Source of the DNA: Defluviitaleaceae bacterium
GTDB lineage: Bacteria > Bacillota > Clostridia > Lachnospirales > WQUN01
Direction: 5' to 3'
NCBI GenBank assembly: GCA_009787785.1
Contig: WQSR01000009.1
Location: 3,638-67,637 of the forward strand
Length of the DNA: 64,000 nt
Shown: positions 16,837-26,373 of the stretch, one piece after another
Position numbering within the stretch: position 1 is the first letter of the stretch
Layout: every line of letters starts with the position of its first letter
Translations under genes and position numbers: made by a program
Notes under the pieces: generated by a model
The model's database searches: none
What the model saw: only the letters and a program-made list of their open reading frames with translations
Told to the model about the DNA's origin: nothing

Positions 16837-17970
16837 ATGGCAAAACTTAAAGCGGGTATCATCGGTTGTGGCGGTATCGCCAACGGGAAGCACATGCCCT
16901 ATCTGGCAAAAACGGGCAGGGCCGAAATGGTGGCTTTCTGTGACATCGTAAAGGAGCGCGCCACCAAGGCCGCCAAAGAATATGGCACCCCCGGCGCGAA
17001 GGTTTATACCGATTATAAAAAACTGTTGAAGGATACGGCTCTGGACATGGTGTATGTACTTACGCCCAACAAGTCCCACTCCGTCATTACCATAGACGCG
17101 TTGGAATCGGGCAAGCATGTCATGTGCGAAAAGCCCATGGCCAAAACCGCCAAGGAAGCCCGCGCCATGGTTGCCGCCGCGAAGCGCACCGGGAAAGTCC
17201 TCACCATCGGGTATCAGACGCGTTTCGCCGCCGCCAGCCAGAATATCAAGGCCAGTGTGGAGCGCGGCGATTTGGGCGAGATTTATTTCGCCAAAGGCCA
17301 TGCCCTGCGCCGCCGCGCCGTGCCCACCTGGGGCGTTTTCCTCAACGAGGAGGAACAGGGCGGCGGGCCCCTGATAGACATTGGCACCCACGCGTTGGAT
17401 TTGACTTTGTGGCTGATGAACAACTACGCGCCCAAGTCCGTCATGGGCAACACGTATAAGAAGCTTAACGGCAACGGTGTGTGCGGGAACGCCTTCGGCC
17501 CCTGGAATCCCAAGGAATTTACCGTGGAGGACTCCGCCTTCGGCTTTATCACCATGCAAAACGGCGCGACCATTATTTTGGAATCCAGCTGGGCCCTTAA
17601 CATGGTGGACGCCTTCGAAGCGCAAACCACCCTGTGCGGCACGAAGGCCGGCGCGGATATGCGCGACGGTGTGCGCTACAATGGCGACGACTTCGGTCTG
17701 CTGTATGAAAAGAAGCCGGAACTGCGGGCGGGGAGCGTGGCCTTTTATGACGGTGCCAGCGGCGACCCCGGCGTGGACGAGCAGCTGGTCTTTATCAACG
17801 CCATTGAAAAAGGCACGCCGCTGGTAGTGGAAGCGGAGCAAGCCTGTGTCGTAACCGAAATCCTGGAGGCCATTTATGAATCTGCGGCCACAGGCAAGCT
17901 GGTGGAATTTGCGCCGCCCAAGCCGGTAAAAGCCACCAGAGGCAGACCCGCAAAGGGTGCACGCGTATGA
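16837..17970 (+). CDS. Gfo/Idh/MocA-family NAD(P)-dependent oxidoreductase
   Basis: The ATG at 16837 follows AAGGAGAG. Rossmann motif KAGIIGCGGIANGKH and EKPMA motif. Confidence 0.9.
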   Translation: MAKLKAGIIGCGGIANGKHMPYLAKTGRAEMVAFCDIVKERATKAAKEYGTPGAKVYTDYKKLLKDTALDMVYVLTPNKSHSVITIDALESGKHVMCEKPMAKTAKEARAMVAAAKRTGKVLTIGYQTRFAAASQNIKASVERGDLGEIYFAKGHALRRRAVPTWGVFLNEEEQGGGPLIDIGTHALDLTLWLMNNYAPKSVMGNTYKKLNGNGVCGNAFGPWNPKEFTVEDSAFGFITMQNGATIILESSWALNMVDAFEAQTTLCGTKAGADMRDGVRYNGDDFGLLYEKKPELRAGSVAFYDGASGDPGVDEQLVFINAIEKGTPLVVEAEQACVVTEILEAIYESAATGKLVEFAPPKPVKATRGRPAKGARV

Positions 17971-18932
17971 AGCTGGGCGTTTTGACCGTTCCCCTTAGCG
18001 GGAAATCCGTGGAGGAAGCCTTTGCCTATCTTGCCGGCTTGGGCGTGCAGAGCGTGGAAATCGGCACTGGGGGCTTCCCGGGCAATGCCCATCTGGACCC
18101 GGTGAAGGCTTTATCCGACCCGTCTGTTATTGATACGCTCCAAGCCGCGCTGAAAAAACACAACCTGACCATCAGCGCGCTGAGCGTACACGGCAACCCC
18201 GTCCACCCGGATAAGGCCGTGCGGGACAAGGACCACGAGGATTTTGTAAACACCTGTAAAGTGGCGCAAAAACTGGGCGTGGACACGGTCATCACCTTTG
18301 GCGGTTGCCCCGGCGACCATCCCGGCGCGAAATACCCCAACTGGGTGACTTGCGCGTGGCCGGCGGATTTTTTGGAAATCCTGAAATATCAATGGGACGA
18401 GGTGCTGGTACCCTACTGGAAGGAAGCCGCCGCGCTGGCCGCGTCCTATGGCGTGACCAAAATCGCCCTGGAGATGCACCCCGGCTTCTGCGTGTACAAT
18501 CCGCGTACCCTGATGCAACTCCGGGAAGCCGTGGGCCCCGCCATCGGCGCGAATTTTGACCCCAGCCATCTCTTCTGGCAGGGCATAGACCCGGTGGAGG
18601 CACTGAAGGCCATGAAGGGCGCGATTCACCATTTCCACGCCAAGGACACCCGCATAGACCCTGCCAACGTGGCCGTCAACGGCGTGCTGGAGACCACCCG
18701 CTACGACGATTTCCTGGGGCGGGGCTGGGTGTTCCGCACCGTGGGCTACGGCCACGGCGAAAAACAATGGCGCGACATGATTTCCACTTTGCGTGCCATG
18801 GGCTACGATGGTGCCATTTCCATTGAGCACGAGGATGGCCTGATGTCCATAGAAGAAGGGCTGGAAAAAGCCATCGACTTCCTCAAGCCCATTCTCATGT
18901 ACGAACCCGCCGCGCAGATGTGGTGGGCATAA
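17967..18932 (+). CDS. Sugar phosphate isomerase/epimerase (xylose-isomerase-like TIM barrel)
   Basis: 321 aa, ATGA-coupled to the oxidoreductase. Typical AP_endonuc_2-like pattern (IALEMHPG...HFHAKD...SIEHED). Confidence 0.85.
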   Translation: MKLGVLTVPLSGKSVEEAFAYLAGLGVQSVEIGTGGFPGNAHLDPVKALSDPSVIDTLQAALKKHNLTISALSVHGNPVHPDKAVRDKDHEDFVNTCKVAQKLGVDTVITFGGCPGDHPGAKYPNWVTCAWPADFLEILKYQWDEVLVPYWKEAAALAASYGVTKIALEMHPGFCVYNPRTLMQLREAVGPAIGANFDPSHLFWQGIDPVEALKAMKGAIHHFHAKDTRIDPANVAVNGVLETTRYDDFLGRGWVFRTVGYGHGEKQWRDMISTLRAMGYDGAISIEHEDGLMSIEEGLEKAIDFLKPILMYEPAAQMWWA

Positions 18933-18939
18933 TAGCCCG

Positions 18940-21876
18940 CTATTCCGTTTCGATAATTTTATTTATTTGTCCTATGGCATCCGGGTACATGCCCACAAAT
19001 ACATTGTCTAATAATGCCTTGAGCAACTCCTTCAGCGAGGGATGCTTGGCAAATTCGGTTATTGTTTTATTTGCTTCGTCGATGGCCAGCGCATCGTAGC
19101 TTTCCAGGGCTACTTTGAGCTGGCTTAGGGCGGAGTGTAGCGCGTCGCGGTCATAATCTTCTTGGGCCGAATCATCTGTTGCTTCATCTTTTTCCAGGTT
19201 CAACGTTTGCCCGATGCTTTCCTGCAAGGCCACCAAGCCTTTCAACAAGGCGGGATTGTGCATATGAATGAAGGAGAGGTCTTGCTGTATGGCGGCGGCC
19301 TCCAGCTTTGCGGCTTGCTCGGAAAGGGTGAGCGCGCCGATGTTGGCGCAGGCGGATTTCAGCGCGTGTACGTAGATGTTATACAAATTGAAATTGTTGC
19401 TGTTGGCCGCGTTGGTAAGCTGGGACACCTTCGCTTCGATATCTTGATGGAACAGGGTAAGGATATCGTGGTAAACGGCTTTGTTCCCGCCGGAAAGGGT
19501 TAGACCCCTTTTTGTATCAATGCCCGCTATGGTTAATTCCTCGGCGGGGGCCTCTTTCGGCGGGGGCACGACCTCGGCGCGAATTTGCTTCTCTGCGGGA
19601 ATCCACTTCGCGAGTATGGCGTTGAGCTTATCCAGCTCGATGGGCTTGGAGAGGAAATCGTTCAGCCCGTTGAGCAGAAACATTTCCTTCGCGCCCACAA
19701 TGGCGTTCGCGCTGAGGGCAATAATATTCAGCTTGGCAAACCTGCCCTCCTGCATTTCGCGGATGGTGCGGGTAGCCTCCAAGCCGTCCATGTCTGGCAT
19801 CATATGGTCCATGAACACAATATCATAATGCTTTTGCGTAACGGCCTTTAGTGCTTCGCGCCCGCTAAGGCATATGTCCACCATAGCCTCATAGGGTGCC
19901 AGCAAGCCCTGTGCCACACGCAGATTGGTGGGCACATCGTCCACCACGAGGATTCTTGCCGAAGGGATGCGGAACTGCTCAATACTCTTTTCCTTGAGGG
20001 TTTCCTCCAAGCGGGTGCGGCCGGTCAGCAGTATATTGTTTCCTGAATCATCCAATTCCGCTTCCTCCCAATGGCTCTCAAATTCCTCAAGGACGAACCG
20101 CTGGGGCAACGTGAGGGTAAAAATACTCCCCAAGCCATAGGTGGATTCCGCCGCGACATGCCCACCCATGAGCCGTACCAGGTTGTGGGTGATGGCCAGC
20201 CCAAGCCCCGTGCCTTCCACGTTTTTGTTCTTCTCCATGTCAAACTGCTGGAACTCGCCGAAAAGGTTTTTCAAATCCTCCGGCTTTATGCCGATGCCCG
20301 TATCCTTGATGCGGACAGTCAAAACAAGGCTGTCTTCCTCGGTTTTCTTCCAGGATACATCCAGGGTAATGCGCCCCTCCCGGGTGTACTTCACGGAATT
20401 GTTTAGCAAATTAATCAGCACCTGACGCAAGCGCACCTCGTCGCCTATGAGCCGGTTGGGTACATTGCGTTCCATGTAGGCCACAAAATTCACCTTGGGG
20501 TTAATCATCTTCGTGTTGATGATGTTTACCACGTCATTTATGGTGGAATGGAACAGATACTCCGATTCCACCACTTCCATTTTACCGCTCTCGATTTTTG
20601 AAAAGTCCAGGATGTCGTTGATAATCGACAGCAAGTGGTTGCCGGAGTTTTTGATAATAGTGGCTTGGTCCCGGGCGTTGGGGGAAAGCTCCTCCATGAG
20701 GATAAGCTCGGTCATGCCAATGATGGCGTTCATGGGGGTACGGATTTCGTGGCTCATCTTGGCAAGGAAATCCCCCTTGGCCTTCGACGCGCTCTCCGCC
20801 TCGATGATTAGCCGTTTCAGTGAAGTCACCACCTCCTCGAAGGAATCGAATGCAAGCCCGATTTCGTCGTTACGCTGTACGGTAAATTGTATATCCAGAT
20901 TTCCTTCGGCTACTTCCTTTGCGGTAAGGGCGAGGGTTCTCAGGGGCTTCAAGGTGCGCACAATGATAATCAGCACCAAAAATCCCGCAAGGGTAACGCC
21001 GGAAACCGTGGGCAACAGCGAGACGAATACCAGCCAGGTGGTACTTTCCACGGAATGGGCGTCGAAAAAGCTAACGATGGTCCAGTTCAGGTGGGGTTCA
21101 ATTTCGATGTACGCGATTTTATCCACGCCGGTGATGGCTGAGGTGTGGACAAAAACTTCATTGATGGGGATTCTGCCAAAGGCTTCGTACACGCCCAGGT
21201 CATCCACATGCATTCCGATGTAGCTGGCCCGGTTGGAAAAGAATAGCGTACCCGAGGCGTCGGCTACGTTGACAAAGCTGTCCGCGTCGTGGATGAAATC
21301 CCGTAAATAGATGTCCAGCCGTTGGGTATTTAACAAAATCGCCACAAGCCCGTACACATATCCGTCGCGTATAACAGGCTGGGTGTACAGCTTTTGCACG
21401 TATCCCGTGAAGGGGTTAATCCGTGCATATGAAATATGGGACATGCCCATGCCGGCCCGGACGGCGTTTTCGATAAACATTTCGGAAAGGAAAATTTCGG
21501 AGTGTGGATTGGTCTGGCCCATAAGGCGCAAATCCGTATCAAAAACAGAAATGTTTTCATACAGGGGCGAGCCCATGAAGGCGTCCAGGCTGTCGCTGAG
21601 CGGGTAGGGCTGATAGTGCTCATAAGGGGTTAGCGCGATGTGCACCCGGGGCAGATTGGCTACAATATCCAATATGCCCAGCGTGTGCTCCTGCACAGTT
21701 TCAAAGGTGCCCAAGGTGGTATTGATATTTCCCTTTAAGCGTTCGGCGATGAGGTTTTGCATCTGCGCGTTGGTCTGGGTTGCGCGAATCCACACCACGC
21801 CTGTGATAGCGAAAATAATGATGCCAAGAAAAATAAATCCAAGTGTAAAGGTGACACTGCGATATTTCTTAACCAT
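18940..21876 (-). CDS. Hybrid sensor histidine kinase (extracellular sensor, HAMP, HisKA, HATPase_c, REC, Hpt)
   Basis: 978 aa with two TM segments flanking a sensor region of about 270 aa. H-box is FLAKMSHEIRTPMN and the G-boxes are DTGIGI...GTGLGL. The REC domain reads ILVVDDVPTN...DHMMPDMDG. The C-terminal Hpt-like helix reads VHALKSACANIGA. Confidence 0.9.
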   Translation of the reverse strand: MVKKYRSVTFTLGFIFLGIIIFAITGVVWIRATQTNAQMQNLIAERLKGNINTTLGTFETVQEHTLGILDIVANLPRVHIALTPYEHYQPYPLSDSLDAFMGSPLYENISVFDTDLRLMGQTNPHSEIFLSEMFIENAVRAGMGMSHISYARINPFTGYVQKLYTQPVIRDGYVYGLVAILLNTQRLDIYLRDFIHDADSFVNVADASGTLFFSNRASYIGMHVDDLGVYEAFGRIPINEVFVHTSAITGVDKIAYIEIEPHLNWTIVSFFDAHSVESTTWLVFVSLLPTVSGVTLAGFLVLIIIVRTLKPLRTLALTAKEVAEGNLDIQFTVQRNDEIGLAFDSFEEVVTSLKRLIIEAESASKAKGDFLAKMSHEIRTPMNAIIGMTELILMEELSPNARDQATIIKNSGNHLLSIINDILDFSKIESGKMEVVESEYLFHSTINDVVNIINTKMINPKVNFVAYMERNVPNRLIGDEVRLRQVLINLLNNSVKYTREGRITLDVSWKKTEEDSLVLTVRIKDTGIGIKPEDLKNLFGEFQQFDMEKNKNVEGTGLGLAITHNLVRLMGGHVAAESTYGLGSIFTLTLPQRFVLEEFESHWEEAELDDSGNNILLTGRTRLEETLKEKSIEQFRIPSARILVVDDVPTNLRVAQGLLAPYEAMVDICLSGREALKAVTQKHYDIVFMDHMMPDMDGLEATRTIREMQEGRFAKLNIIALSANAIVGAKEMFLLNGLNDFLSKPIELDKLNAILAKWIPAEKQIRAEVVPPPKEAPAEELTIAGIDTKRGLTLSGGNKAVYHDILTLFHQDIEAKVSQLTNAANSNNFNLYNIYVHALKSACANIGALTLSEQAAKLEAAAIQQDLSFIHMHNPALLKGLVALQESIGQTLNLEKDEATDDSAQEDYDRDALHSALSQLKVALESYDALAIDEANKTITEFAKHPSLKELLKALLDNVFVGMYPDAIGQINKIIETE

Positions 21877-21927
21877 AATTGGTTCCCCCTGTCTAATGCC
21901 CTGGCTGTTTTATAAGTTAGGTATGGG

Positions 21928-23049
21928 CTATACCTCGATGTAATCATTGGCTCTTTGCAGTTTATCCGTCTTCTCAACGGATTCAAAAGCAATTTGCCGG
22001 AAAATGGGATGAATCTTTTGAATCAGGTTTATCAGGGCCGGGTCAAAGTGGGTGCCACAGCCATCCAGGATTATTTTCAACGCGTCCTCGTGGGACATGG
22101 CGTTCTTGTAGGGCCGCGCCGTAACCAAGGCATCATACACATCGGCAATAGCCATCATGCGCCCCGGCAAGGGAATTTCTTCGCCCTTCAGCCCATAGGG
22201 ATAACCGCTCCCATCCCACTTCTCGTGATGGTAGGCGGCAAACATGCGGGCATATTCCAGAAAATCGCTCTCCGAGGTCTTTTTCATTATGTTCAAAATA
22301 ACCTTTTCGCCAAAGGTGGTATGCTTCTTCATGTCGTTAAATTCCTCCGGGGTAAGCTTGCCCGGCTTAAACAAAATAGAATCGCTTACGGCGATTTTAC
22401 CCACGTCATGCAATTGGCACGATTGCATGATATAGGTCTCGTTCATCCCCGAAGCCTCCGATTCATACACGCCATATACCTTCATTCCATCAAGGAGAGC
22501 CTTGATATAATCCCGCGTCCTTTCAATGTGACCGCCGGTAATTTCGTCCCGGTATTCCACCAGCTCCGCCATGGTGGAAAGCAGGGCGTTTTGCAACTCT
22601 ACCACCTGGTGGGTCTTCCTTTCCACCATCTGTGTCAGGTTGTCGTTAAAGTTAATCAGCTCCAGCGTTTGGTCCTGCACCAGCAAATGGACATCCAGCC
22701 GTTTAAGTAACAAGGGTGTGGAGAAGGGCTTGTGGATGAAGTCAATGGCTCCCAGCGACAAGCCCTCCAGCTCCACTGCCTCGTCGGTCATGGCCGTAAG
22801 GAAAATCACGGGTATCTTTGCTGTCTTGGGGTTGGCCTTGAGCCGTTTTATCACCTCAAAGCCGTTCATGCCCGGCATATTCAAGTCCAGCAAAATTAAG
22901 TCGGGACTTACATTCTCCAGCATGTTCATCAGTACCATGCCGGAGTTAATGGTAAACACATTGTAGGTACCGGCCAGGGCATTCTTGCCAATGGCCAGGT
23001 TCGTTACCTCATCGTCCACTAAAATAACCGTTTTCCGCGTGTCGCTCAT
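21928..23049 (-). CDS. Response regulator with HD-GYP domain (putative c-di-GMP phosphodiesterase)
   Basis: Start at the ATG at 23047-23049, after GGGAGGA. REC domain (VILVDDEV...LLDLNMPGMNG), then HD (LHDVGK) and HHEKWDGSGYP motifs. Confidence 0.9.
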   Translation of the reverse strand: MSDTRKTVILVDDEVTNLAIGKNALAGTYNVFTINSGMVLMNMLENVSPDLILLDLNMPGMNGFEVIKRLKANPKTAKIPVIFLTAMTDEAVELEGLSLGAIDFIHKPFSTPLLLKRLDVHLLVQDQTLELINFNDNLTQMVERKTHQVVELQNALLSTMAELVEYRDEITGGHIERTRDYIKALLDGMKVYGVYESEASGMNETYIMQSCQLHDVGKIAVSDSILFKPGKLTPEEFNDMKKHTTFGEKVILNIMKKTSESDFLEYARMFAAYHHEKWDGSGYPYGLKGEEIPLPGRMMAIADVYDALVTARPYKNAMSHEDALKIILDGCGTHFDPALINLIQKIHPIFRQIAFESVEKTDKLQRANDYIEV

Positions 23050-23169
23050 GCAATCCTCCCTCAAAAACGCTCTACAAAGAAAAAACAGGCTCATCCCAGC
23101 CTGAAACAAAATTTATTAGCACCCATTCTAACCGACATTTTGTATCTGGGCAACTGTTGCGATTATAGC

Positions 23170-23691
23170 CTACTGCTCCCGCTCAACGACAATAACACCT
23201 GAACGCGGCATGGCGGCAAGCCGCGCCATTTCTTTTGTCAAGGCCCGCTCATACGCTTCAAGGCTACGTTGCATGGAGTTGATTAATCCGTTGCGTTCTT
23301 CGTCCGTTAAACGTGGGTCGAATATACCCGCTTCAAAATCCCGCAACCGGCCTCTGACGGAACGAATGTTTATATGTAGTTCCTGCGTGCGGGGAGATGA
23401 TGTATTTGATTGAAGAAAACTTCCTACCGGCACACGATTCTGGCCTTTTGGCACCACGAAGATTCTAACCGCGTCACGGTCGGTTAAGCCCAAAAACCGG
23501 CGAACCGATTCCACTAACGCTTTGTCCTCCTCCGAAGTGGCAAACAAGCCCCCCACTTCATTTCTTACACTGAGATGACTGTCTAATCCAGTGGAATCGC
23601 GCTGTGTTTGGATACTGTCATTCGATGGAGATGGGCTCTCGTTATACCGATTCAACACGGAACAAAAAGCCTGAGACTTTTCAACACGCAT
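23170..23691 (-). CDS. Hypothetical protein (173 aa)
   Basis: ATG preceded by GGAGG. No recognisable family. It lies between tRNA-Leu and the HD-GYP regulator on the same strand. Confidence 0.55.
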   Translation of the reverse strand: MRVEKSQAFCSVLNRYNESPSPSNDSIQTQRDSTGLDSHLSVRNEVGGLFATSEEDKALVESVRRFLGLTDRDAVRIFVVPKGQNRVPVGSFLQSNTSSPRTQELHINIRSVRGRLRDFEAGIFDPRLTDEERNGLINSMQRSLEAYERALTKEMARLAAMPRSGVIVVEREQ

Positions 23692-23760
23692 AAAATACCT
23701 CCGCCGGTGTTATCGTGGCTCTTGTATACCACATCGGCATATATACGACTTTTTCATTAA

Positions 23761-23814
23761 CAAAAATCCGAACCCCTCGCCGATGAATTTTATCTTCGGC
23801 TTATGGTTCGGATT
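23761..23814 (-). terminator. Intrinsic terminator downstream of tRNA-Leu
   Basis: Minus strand AAUCCGAACC-(loop with an inner GCCGA/UCGGC stem)-GGGUUCGGAUUUUUG. Confidence 0.6.
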
Positions 23815-23826
23815 ATTTGTAAGCTT

Positions 23827-23910
23827 TGCCCGAGAAGGGACTTGAACCCCCACCCCGTTGCCGGGAGCGGATTTTGAGTCCGCCGCGTCTGCCATTCCGC
23901 CACTCGGGCT
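23827..23910 (-). tRNA. tRNA-Leu (anticodon CAA), type II with long variable arm
   Basis: The minus strand reads GCCCGAGTGGCGGAATGGCAGACGCGGCGGACTCAAAATCCGC...GGGGGTTCAAGTCCCTTCTCGGGCA. The acceptor arm pairs, the T-loop is GTTCAAGTC, and the anticodon loop is CUCAAAA. No CCA is encoded. Confidence 0.9.
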
Positions 23911-23955
23911 TTGAGCCGGAAATCATGGGCATTATACAAATCTATTCCCAGAGTG

Positions 23956-26373
23956 TCAAATTTTCCCCCGTTCGCCCTTTTCTTTTATCTTTCCCTCCGG
24001 CAACCATTTCGCCAGCGCGCTGCTTAGCTGCGCGATGTCTACCGGCTTGGAGAGATAGTCATCAAAGCCGCTTTTCAAGAACATTTCCTTTGAGCCGGCG
24101 ATGGCGTTGGCGGTGAGGACGACGATGGGTATTTTTTGCTTGCCTTCCAGGGCACGGATAGCGCGCATGGTTTCGGTTCCGTTCATTGCCGGCATCATAT
24201 GGTCCATAAGGATTAGGTCAAAATGGTTGGCTTGGGCGGCTTTTACGGCTTCTTCGCCGCTTTGGCAAAGGGTGGTCTTTATTTTGAAATGCTCCAGCAT
24301 GGTTTCCACCACGGTAAGGTTTATCTCTACATCGTCCACGGCCAAAACGTGGGCCTCCGGCGCGGTAAAGATGGTCGGGGCGTCTATCTCCGGTATGGCT
24401 TCGCTTTCGCCGATTTCCTGTGGCAAGGTGATTAAGAATGCACTGCCCAGCCCATATTCGGATTCTACTTGTATAGTGCCGTCCATGAGCTGTATCAGGC
24501 TTCGGGTGATGGCAAGGCCAAGCCCCGTGCCTTCCACGTTGTGGTTCTTTTCCAGGTCAAATTGTGTGAAAATATCATACACCCTGTCCAGATTATCCGC
24601 GTCAATCCCGATTCCGCTGTCCTTTACCTGGATGTGTAGCACGCAAACCCCCGCCTCGGAGGGTGTCCCCGTTATGGTGAGGGTGATGCCGCCGTCGCGG
24701 GTATATTTGACCGCGTTGTCCAGTAGGTTGATGAGAATTTGTTGCAATTTCACTTCGTCCCCCACAAGCACCGGGGGTATATTCTTGTCGATGTCCGCAC
24801 TAAATTTCACCTTGGAATCCTTCAGGCGCAGCTGGATGATTTGCGTTACATACTCCACCATATTAAGGAAGCGATACGGGAATTTGATAATCACCATATG
24901 GCCGGTCTCGATTTTTGTTAAGTCGAGGATGTTGTTGATAATAGACAGCAGGTACCCGCCCGATTTGTAGATTATCGTGGCTTGGTCGTGTACTTTGTTG
25001 GAGAGCTTTTCCCGCAGGATAAGCTCGGTCATGCCTAGAATCGCGTTCATGGGCGTACGGATTTCGTGGGACATCTTGGCAAGGAACTCGGATTTGGCGT
25101 TTTTGGCCGCCAAAGCGACGCTGGCCCGGTTCCGCTCCGCCACCAGCTCTGCCTGGGTTTGGACAAAATGGATGCCCAGCGCGGCGGCGTTAATCACAAT
25201 GAAGGCCAAGGTGCCGAATTGCAGGTAGTTTACGCCCATTAAGGTGGGGTTAAATACAAAATGCAGGGATTCCATCGCGCCAAAGAATACGCTGGTGGTG
25301 CTGGCAATGAATACCAGAATATGCTCGACACTTCTCATGGCAGGGAATTTTATAATAATCCATACGGTATTACCCAGCATAGACACAGAAATCACCGTGA
25401 ACATGATATTGAAGAAAACAAGGAATTGCGTGTAGAAAGGGGTAGGGGTGGTGAGTACCAAAATGGACTGCGCAATGAAATATCCTATGGCGGGTACAAG
25501 GAAAACCCGGTTGAAGCCCCGCCGCTTTTTCCCGACATTGCGCATAAACATGGCGTTCATAAATAAGATGGCAAAGATGATAAAGCCATTGGTGCTTAGG
25601 TAGCTGAGCCGGTGCACGGTTTCCCAGCTTATCTCCGGGAAAAAGGTTGTAATCAGCACATGCTCCCGAATCAGCGTGCGCAACACCATCATCAAGCAAA
25701 TGAGGGCGGCGTACAAGCAACGCTTCCGGTTGTTGAAAATTAAATACATGCCCACGAAATAAAGGAAGGATATCGCGATTATACCCAGCATGATATTAAT
25801 ATTGACAAGGGTGCGGCGGTTTATATTCGTGATTAGGGTTTGCTCCCCAAGGAACAGGGGATTGAGGCTTCCGCCCCGGGCGTGGACAAAGCTGGAGCGT
25901 TGGATGACAATTTCCGTATAGCCCTGTGCCGCCACAAAGAACAAAGTGAAGTGGCTGGTTCTGGCGGTCATGGCCTCCAGGCTGTCGGCGGGTACGCCAA
26001 CGCAATACCGCAAAACCCCATCCACCCAAATAGCCATGGCATGTAAAGCGGAATAGCCGGAAAGGCCGTATATTACCCCCGGCTCCAAGGGAAGCAAAAG
26101 CCTGTAGGTGGCGTAAAGCTCCTGATTTGGCCTTACCGGCACCCTATGTACCCCCTGGGCAAAATCCGCCGGGGTAAGCAACGCCCGGGGAAAGGCGTCG
26201 AAGGCTTCCAGCTGTAAACGGGCCACGCGGGAGGATAAATCAAATGTCTCCAGCCGGGCCGTGTCATAGACGGGCTCTGTCTCTATGCGGGTCAGCACCG
26301 TAATGGTAGTAAAAATCACCAAGGCCAGCCCCATAAAACAAAATATGGCGAAAATCGTATACCTGGGGCTCAT
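23956..26373 (-). CDS. Hybrid sensor histidine kinase with 7TMR-DISM-type N-terminal sensor and C-terminal REC
   Basis: 805 aa. One N-terminal TM, an extracellular region of about 170 aa, then seven hydrophobic helices. H-box is FLAKMSHEIRTPMN, followed by HATPase_c and a REC domain (VLAVDDVEIN...DHMMPAMNG). The start overlaps the mutS stop as ATGA. Confidence 0.88.
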   Translation of the reverse strand: MSPRYTIFAIFCFMGLALVIFTTITVLTRIETEPVYDTARLETFDLSSRVARLQLEAFDAFPRALLTPADFAQGVHRVPVRPNQELYATYRLLLPLEPGVIYGLSGYSALHAMAIWVDGVLRYCVGVPADSLEAMTARTSHFTLFFVAAQGYTEIVIQRSSFVHARGGSLNPLFLGEQTLITNINRRTLVNINIMLGIIAISFLYFVGMYLIFNNRKRCLYAALICLMMVLRTLIREHVLITTFFPEISWETVHRLSYLSTNGFIIFAILFMNAMFMRNVGKKRRGFNRVFLVPAIGYFIAQSILVLTTPTPFYTQFLVFFNIMFTVISVSMLGNTVWIIIKFPAMRSVEHILVFIASTTSVFFGAMESLHFVFNPTLMGVNYLQFGTLAFIVINAAALGIHFVQTQAELVAERNRASVALAAKNAKSEFLAKMSHEIRTPMNAILGMTELILREKLSNKVHDQATIIYKSGGYLLSIINNILDLTKIETGHMVIIKFPYRFLNMVEYVTQIIQLRLKDSKVKFSADIDKNIPPVLVGDEVKLQQILINLLDNAVKYTRDGGITLTITGTPSEAGVCVLHIQVKDSGIGIDADNLDRVYDIFTQFDLEKNHNVEGTGLGLAITRSLIQLMDGTIQVESEYGLGSAFLITLPQEIGESEAIPEIDAPTIFTAPEAHVLAVDDVEINLTVVETMLEHFKIKTTLCQSGEEAVKAAQANHFDLILMDHMMPAMNGTETMRAIRALEGKQKIPIVVLTANAIAGSKEMFLKSGFDDYLSKPVDIAQLSSALAKWLPEGKIKEKGERGKI

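Noticed and set aside
16813-17841. 342-aa minus-strand ORF, and similar long antisense ORFs (35786-36823, 38758-39588, 53121-54218, 59554-60624, 26727-27674, 28188-28991)
   Set aside because: Each overlaps a confidently identified gene on the other strand (Gfo/Idh/MocA, E2, E1, glgB, rapZ/murB, mutS). None has an RBS and all have biased, repetitive composition. These are shadow frames.
23710-23895. 61-aa ORF, and the 60-aa ORF at 51058-51240
   Set aside because: They coincide with tRNA-Leu and tRNA-Trp and their terminators. They are not coding.
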